64,000 nt of DNA, from the NCBI GenBank assembly GCA_905178155.1, contig CAJINV010000005.1:8120515-8184514 (forward strand), given 5' to 3'. The DNA comes from Amoebophrya sp. A120. Its lineage: Eukaryota > Protista > Dinoflagellata. The position numbers were made by a program, and so were the translations under genes. A model generated the notes under the pieces. It made no database searches, was not told the DNA's origin, and saw only the letters and a program-made list of their open reading frames with translations. Shown piece after piece: positions 62,001 through 64,000 of the stretch (its first letter is position 1; each line of letters starts with the position of its first letter).

Positions 62001-62481
62001 GGCATGCAAGCCCCAGCGACACAGATTTTGAGCAGGTTTCTCAATGCCTAATCCGCATGACAAATCCCTTCTTTCGGAGACCAGAAAAAGGACTGCTTTT
62101 GCTCCCCGTGCATGACAGATTTTTTCATGATCTAAAAGGCGCATAACGAGCTGCATCTTTCCAGACCCAGACACTGCTGCAATCCATATGACGCAGGCGA
62201 CGTTTTTGTCGCGCGCAATCGTGGCGACGACGATAACCGGAACGATAAACAAGTGGCTGATGCCGTTTGAAGTGCAGAAAATTCAAATCCCCTACGCGAA
62301 ATTCCGGCTGAAGGGGAATGAGTGCCCCATGGACGCGGCGTTTTTACATCCGGTGCACAGCGAGGCGATGGAGGTGATGGACTACTACAACCAGCCAAAC
62401 GAGCCGCCCTGCTCGGTGTTTTACCGGGACCAGGGGGATCTACCGGGAGCACCACAGGGTGGCGGTCGGGCGGAGCTCTGA
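50016..62481 (+). CDS. giant multi-domain glycosyltransferase: GT32-like + GT2 (B4GALNT-like) + GT31 (galactosyltransferase-like)
   Basis: signal-like N-terminus; TLESVLFHHPNANIYVL...FGGLFIPLD; VITIAAHSASR...FGLSQGK..LVTTKYLLILDDDFV...LKVGEHEYFF; LFVALLSAPENSKQR...WVLIQNDDVYL...FMDGVS-like/VSFVLSRDL; phase-compatible GT-AG introns 54701-57794 and about 59249-59367 link the domains. Confidence 0.7.
50544..50805. mobile_element. introner-like element, family A
   Basis: family A TIR; DR acgcg/gcgcg. Confidence 0.88.
50931..51105. mobile_element. introner-like element, family F
   Basis: family F TIR; DR tcccg/tgccg. Confidence 0.84.
51189..51469. mobile_element. introner-like element, family B
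   Basis: family B TIR; DR tgatt/tgatc. Confidence 0.88.
51555..51773. mobile_element. introner-like element, family D
   Basis: family D TIR, close relative of 17295-17503; DR ttttc. Confidence 0.88.
51952..52250. mobile_element. introner-like element, family B
   Basis: family B TIR; DR atccc. Confidence 0.88.
52608..52870. mobile_element. introner-like element, family I
   Basis: TIR tatgacctgctcaaacgttacaatctcaaaggttacaata / tattgtaacgcttgcgattgtaagacctgcgcgggttata; DR ctgta. Confidence 0.85.
53425..53584. mobile_element. introner-like element, family E
   Basis: degenerate E TIR; DR cggat. Confidence 0.84.
53803..54081. mobile_element. introner-like element, family B
   Basis: family B TIR; DR atcgt. 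Confidence 0.88.
55090..56470. repeat. GC-rich minisatellite, 103-116 bp unit
   Basis: unit atcgaattcaaaaaattttcgcgcgctgcgcgcgcgcgagttttttctctgagcggccgcgc...; gagcggccg recurs at about 55406, 55513, 55616, 55727, 55830, 55933, 56049, 56152, 56263. Confidence 0.92.
57050..57400. repeat. 30-35 bp tandem repeat (caggctggcaggctagcaaagcctgggtgc)
   Basis: about 10 copies visible. Confidence 0.92.
57410..57492. repeat. ~20 bp palindromic tandem repeat (agatagagaatctctatccc)
   Basis: 4 copies, same motif as the inverted ends at 54760 and 57690. Confidence 0.7.
57884..58135. mobile_element. introner-like element, family A
   Basis: family A TIR, close relative of 9932-10183; DR gcaaa/gcgaa. Confidence 0.88.
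58505..58767. mobile_element. introner-like element, family A
   Basis: family A TIR; DR ttttt/tttct. Confidence 0.87.
58903..59182. mobile_element. introner-like element, family B
   Basis: family B TIR; DR cttat. Confidence 0.88.
59413..60393. mobile_element. introner-like element, family E, expanded by a nested insertion
   Basis: E-type TIRs at both ends; DR agtcg; frame DREV|APWD restored. Confidence 0.83.
59465..60256. mobile_element. GC-rich nested insertion with gcgagagggtg / cctctcg repeats
   Basis: flanked by accag direct repeats (59460-59464, 60257-60261) inside a family E element; no TIR or ORF recognised. Confidence 0.6.
60452..60739. mobile_element. introner-like element, family B
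   Basis: family B TIR; DR tcgcc. Confidence 0.88.
61341..61504. mobile_element. introner-like element, family J (D-related)
   Basis: TIR tatcccacagaaaaaa / ttttttctgtgtgata; DR ggacg. Confidence 0.85.
61557..61835. mobile_element. introner-like element, family B
   Basis: family B TIR; DR acctc. Confidence 0.88.
61925..62188. mobile_element. introner-like element, family A
   Basis: family A TIR; DR tgacg. Confidence 0.88.
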
Positions 62482-63333
62482 TTGATTCCCTCCTCGCATC
62501 TGGTGCAGCCGTGTGGTGTCGCTGCTGCTACAATGAGTTTCAATAGTTCTTTGTGCGTCGAGTTATATTCTTCATTCTAGCATCAAAGCCAAAAGCAACG
62601 ACAGGTGAACAGTTTCAAAGGATCCAATCAAGCGACCAAGGATGATTTTCCAATGAGAATACAGAACACGTGGTGATGATGTGTAAACAAGGAAGTACTA
62701 GCCGGGAGCAGGCCAGTGAAAAAGGAAAGCGCACGACACATGGCGCACTTTGATTTTCCGGTGTAGCTTGTGGTACTATGAGGTTTTTGTTTTCGAGGCT
62801 GAAACTAATGCGCTGGATCCAGATCTGATTGAACTTAGATCCGGGATTGTGGAAGAGGACGGTATGATCAGCGAACTAGTCCTGTCCATGCCGGCGACGC
62901 AGGAGCAGCGCGAGGCTTATTTTCACTTGCGGTATGATTCTGTCGTTTTTTGTACATGTTGGTTCATAATAGCAATATGTGGTGCGTAGGCGCTCGTTTT
63001 TGTGGCAGGTCATCTAGGTTATACCCCTTTGGCGTGTCGCGGGTAGAGAGATGATCCGGCAGTCGTGGGTCATAAGTAGTGAGATCACGAACGAGTTCCG
63101 CAATCTGCACTGTAATACATGATTATCCCCAGGATCTTCCACTAGATTCCCACGTAGAAGAGGCCATCAGTGAGGTAGGTGCTTAGGCTACTCTGCGCTT
63201 AGTGAAAACTGACAAATGCATGTGCGCGAATTTTTCTGAGCTGTGAAAACAGCTGCATATGTTGTTTTTCCCTGGCGTCCAACCTTCTTAAAAGCCTTTA
63301 GTAGTTTCTCGAAGAACCGCCTCTGTACAAAAG

Positions 63334-64000
63334 ATGGCTGCTTTTAGAAAGTCGAAAGCTCCTTCCCGGGGCTTCATGCCAGGATCTTCCTCATCATTCC
63401 TGCGCCGGCTGAGCACGAGCATTTTGCTGTTATTTTTCTCATTCAGCAGTTCACTTCTTTCAACCACATCAACCACCGTCCACGCCTTCTTCCTGACCAA
63501 AACCATCGACACCGCCGTTGACGACGCCTTGCAACTTTTCGAGTACTGTGCGAAGTGGGATGACCGGGAATACGTGAAACTTTTGATTTTCGACCGAATG
63601 CAGAAGCAAAGGAAGGTCATGCGAAGCTGTCTATTCCACTTACTGGAGCGGGTGAAGCGAACCGCCAGGATTGTCTACGCCGCGTACCACCACCCGATTC
63701 TGAAGCCGAAACTCGACCCCTATTTCGTCGACCTAGCGGAGGACTTTTGGCTCCAGGTGGTCGAATTAAGTAAAACCCCCCGCATGCACAAGGAGTGGTA
63801 CTACTGGCACGGACCGAAGGTGCAAATGCCGCTGATATTACAATGAAAAATCTCCCTCCCCCTACTCAAATGGAGATTTGTGTAGCGTGATTTGTGATCA
63901 TAAATCTTGCTGTCATGCTACAAGGGAAGAGATGCAGACCATAGTGCTGGCTGGCGTGGGTAAGCCTTGCGTCTTCAGCATGACAGGAAGCAACTGGAAG
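63334..64000 (+). CDS. hypothetical protein with N-terminal hydrophobic segment, partial
   Basis: 167-codon first exon ending at a family C element (63836) that runs off the window. Confidence 0.6.
63836..64000. mobile_element. introner-like element, family C, truncated by window end
   Basis: left TIR tattacaatgaaaaatctccctcccc; interior similar to 22555-22865. Confidence 0.8.

Noticed and set aside
1448-62252. Recurring peptides such as MSGSGR, FQTQTFLHLI, KCLGLE, KNVPTP suggesting a protein family
   Set aside because: They are translations of the element TIRs, not genes
1-64000. Autonomous transposase or reverse transcriptase for the elements
   Set aside because: No DDE, RT or tyrosine-recombinase motif recognised in any ORF; a divergent one cannot be excluded by eye
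1-64000. Dinoflagellate spliced leader, tRNA or rRNA genes
   Set aside because: No match noticed by eye; the ccgtagcca at about 17885 is coding sequence. A covariance-model scan would be needed to exclude them

Overview
Eukaryotic, intron-rich genomic DNA. The architecture strongly resembles the parasitic dinoflagellate Amoebophrya (inference from intron style, not from a marker gene). The dominant feature is about 72 non-canonical intron-like elements, mostly 140-340 bp, in about 10 families. Each is typically bounded by TAT...ATA terminal inverted repeats and a 5-bp direct repeat, and all carry many copies of a GCATNACA motif. At the coding junctions I traced by hand, removing the element plus one direct-repeat copy restores the reading frame. 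Reconstructed genes: a two-RRM Q/N/RD-rich RNA-binding protein, an EF-P-like organellar protein, a URC1-URC4 uracil-catabolism fusion, a coiled-coil protein, a DUF3431 protein, L-2-hydroxyglutarate dehydrogenase, a giant GT32+GT2+GT31-like glycosyltransferase and several hypothetical proteins. All genes left of about 35.4 kb are on the minus strand and all genes right of about 38.2 kb are on the plus strand. The switch point is a GC-rich/AT-rich/GC-rich island with a T-tract motif every ~155 bp. Most ORFs in the supplied track are artefacts of the elements or of GC-rich repeats. Gene models and family calls are manual, with no database searches run.
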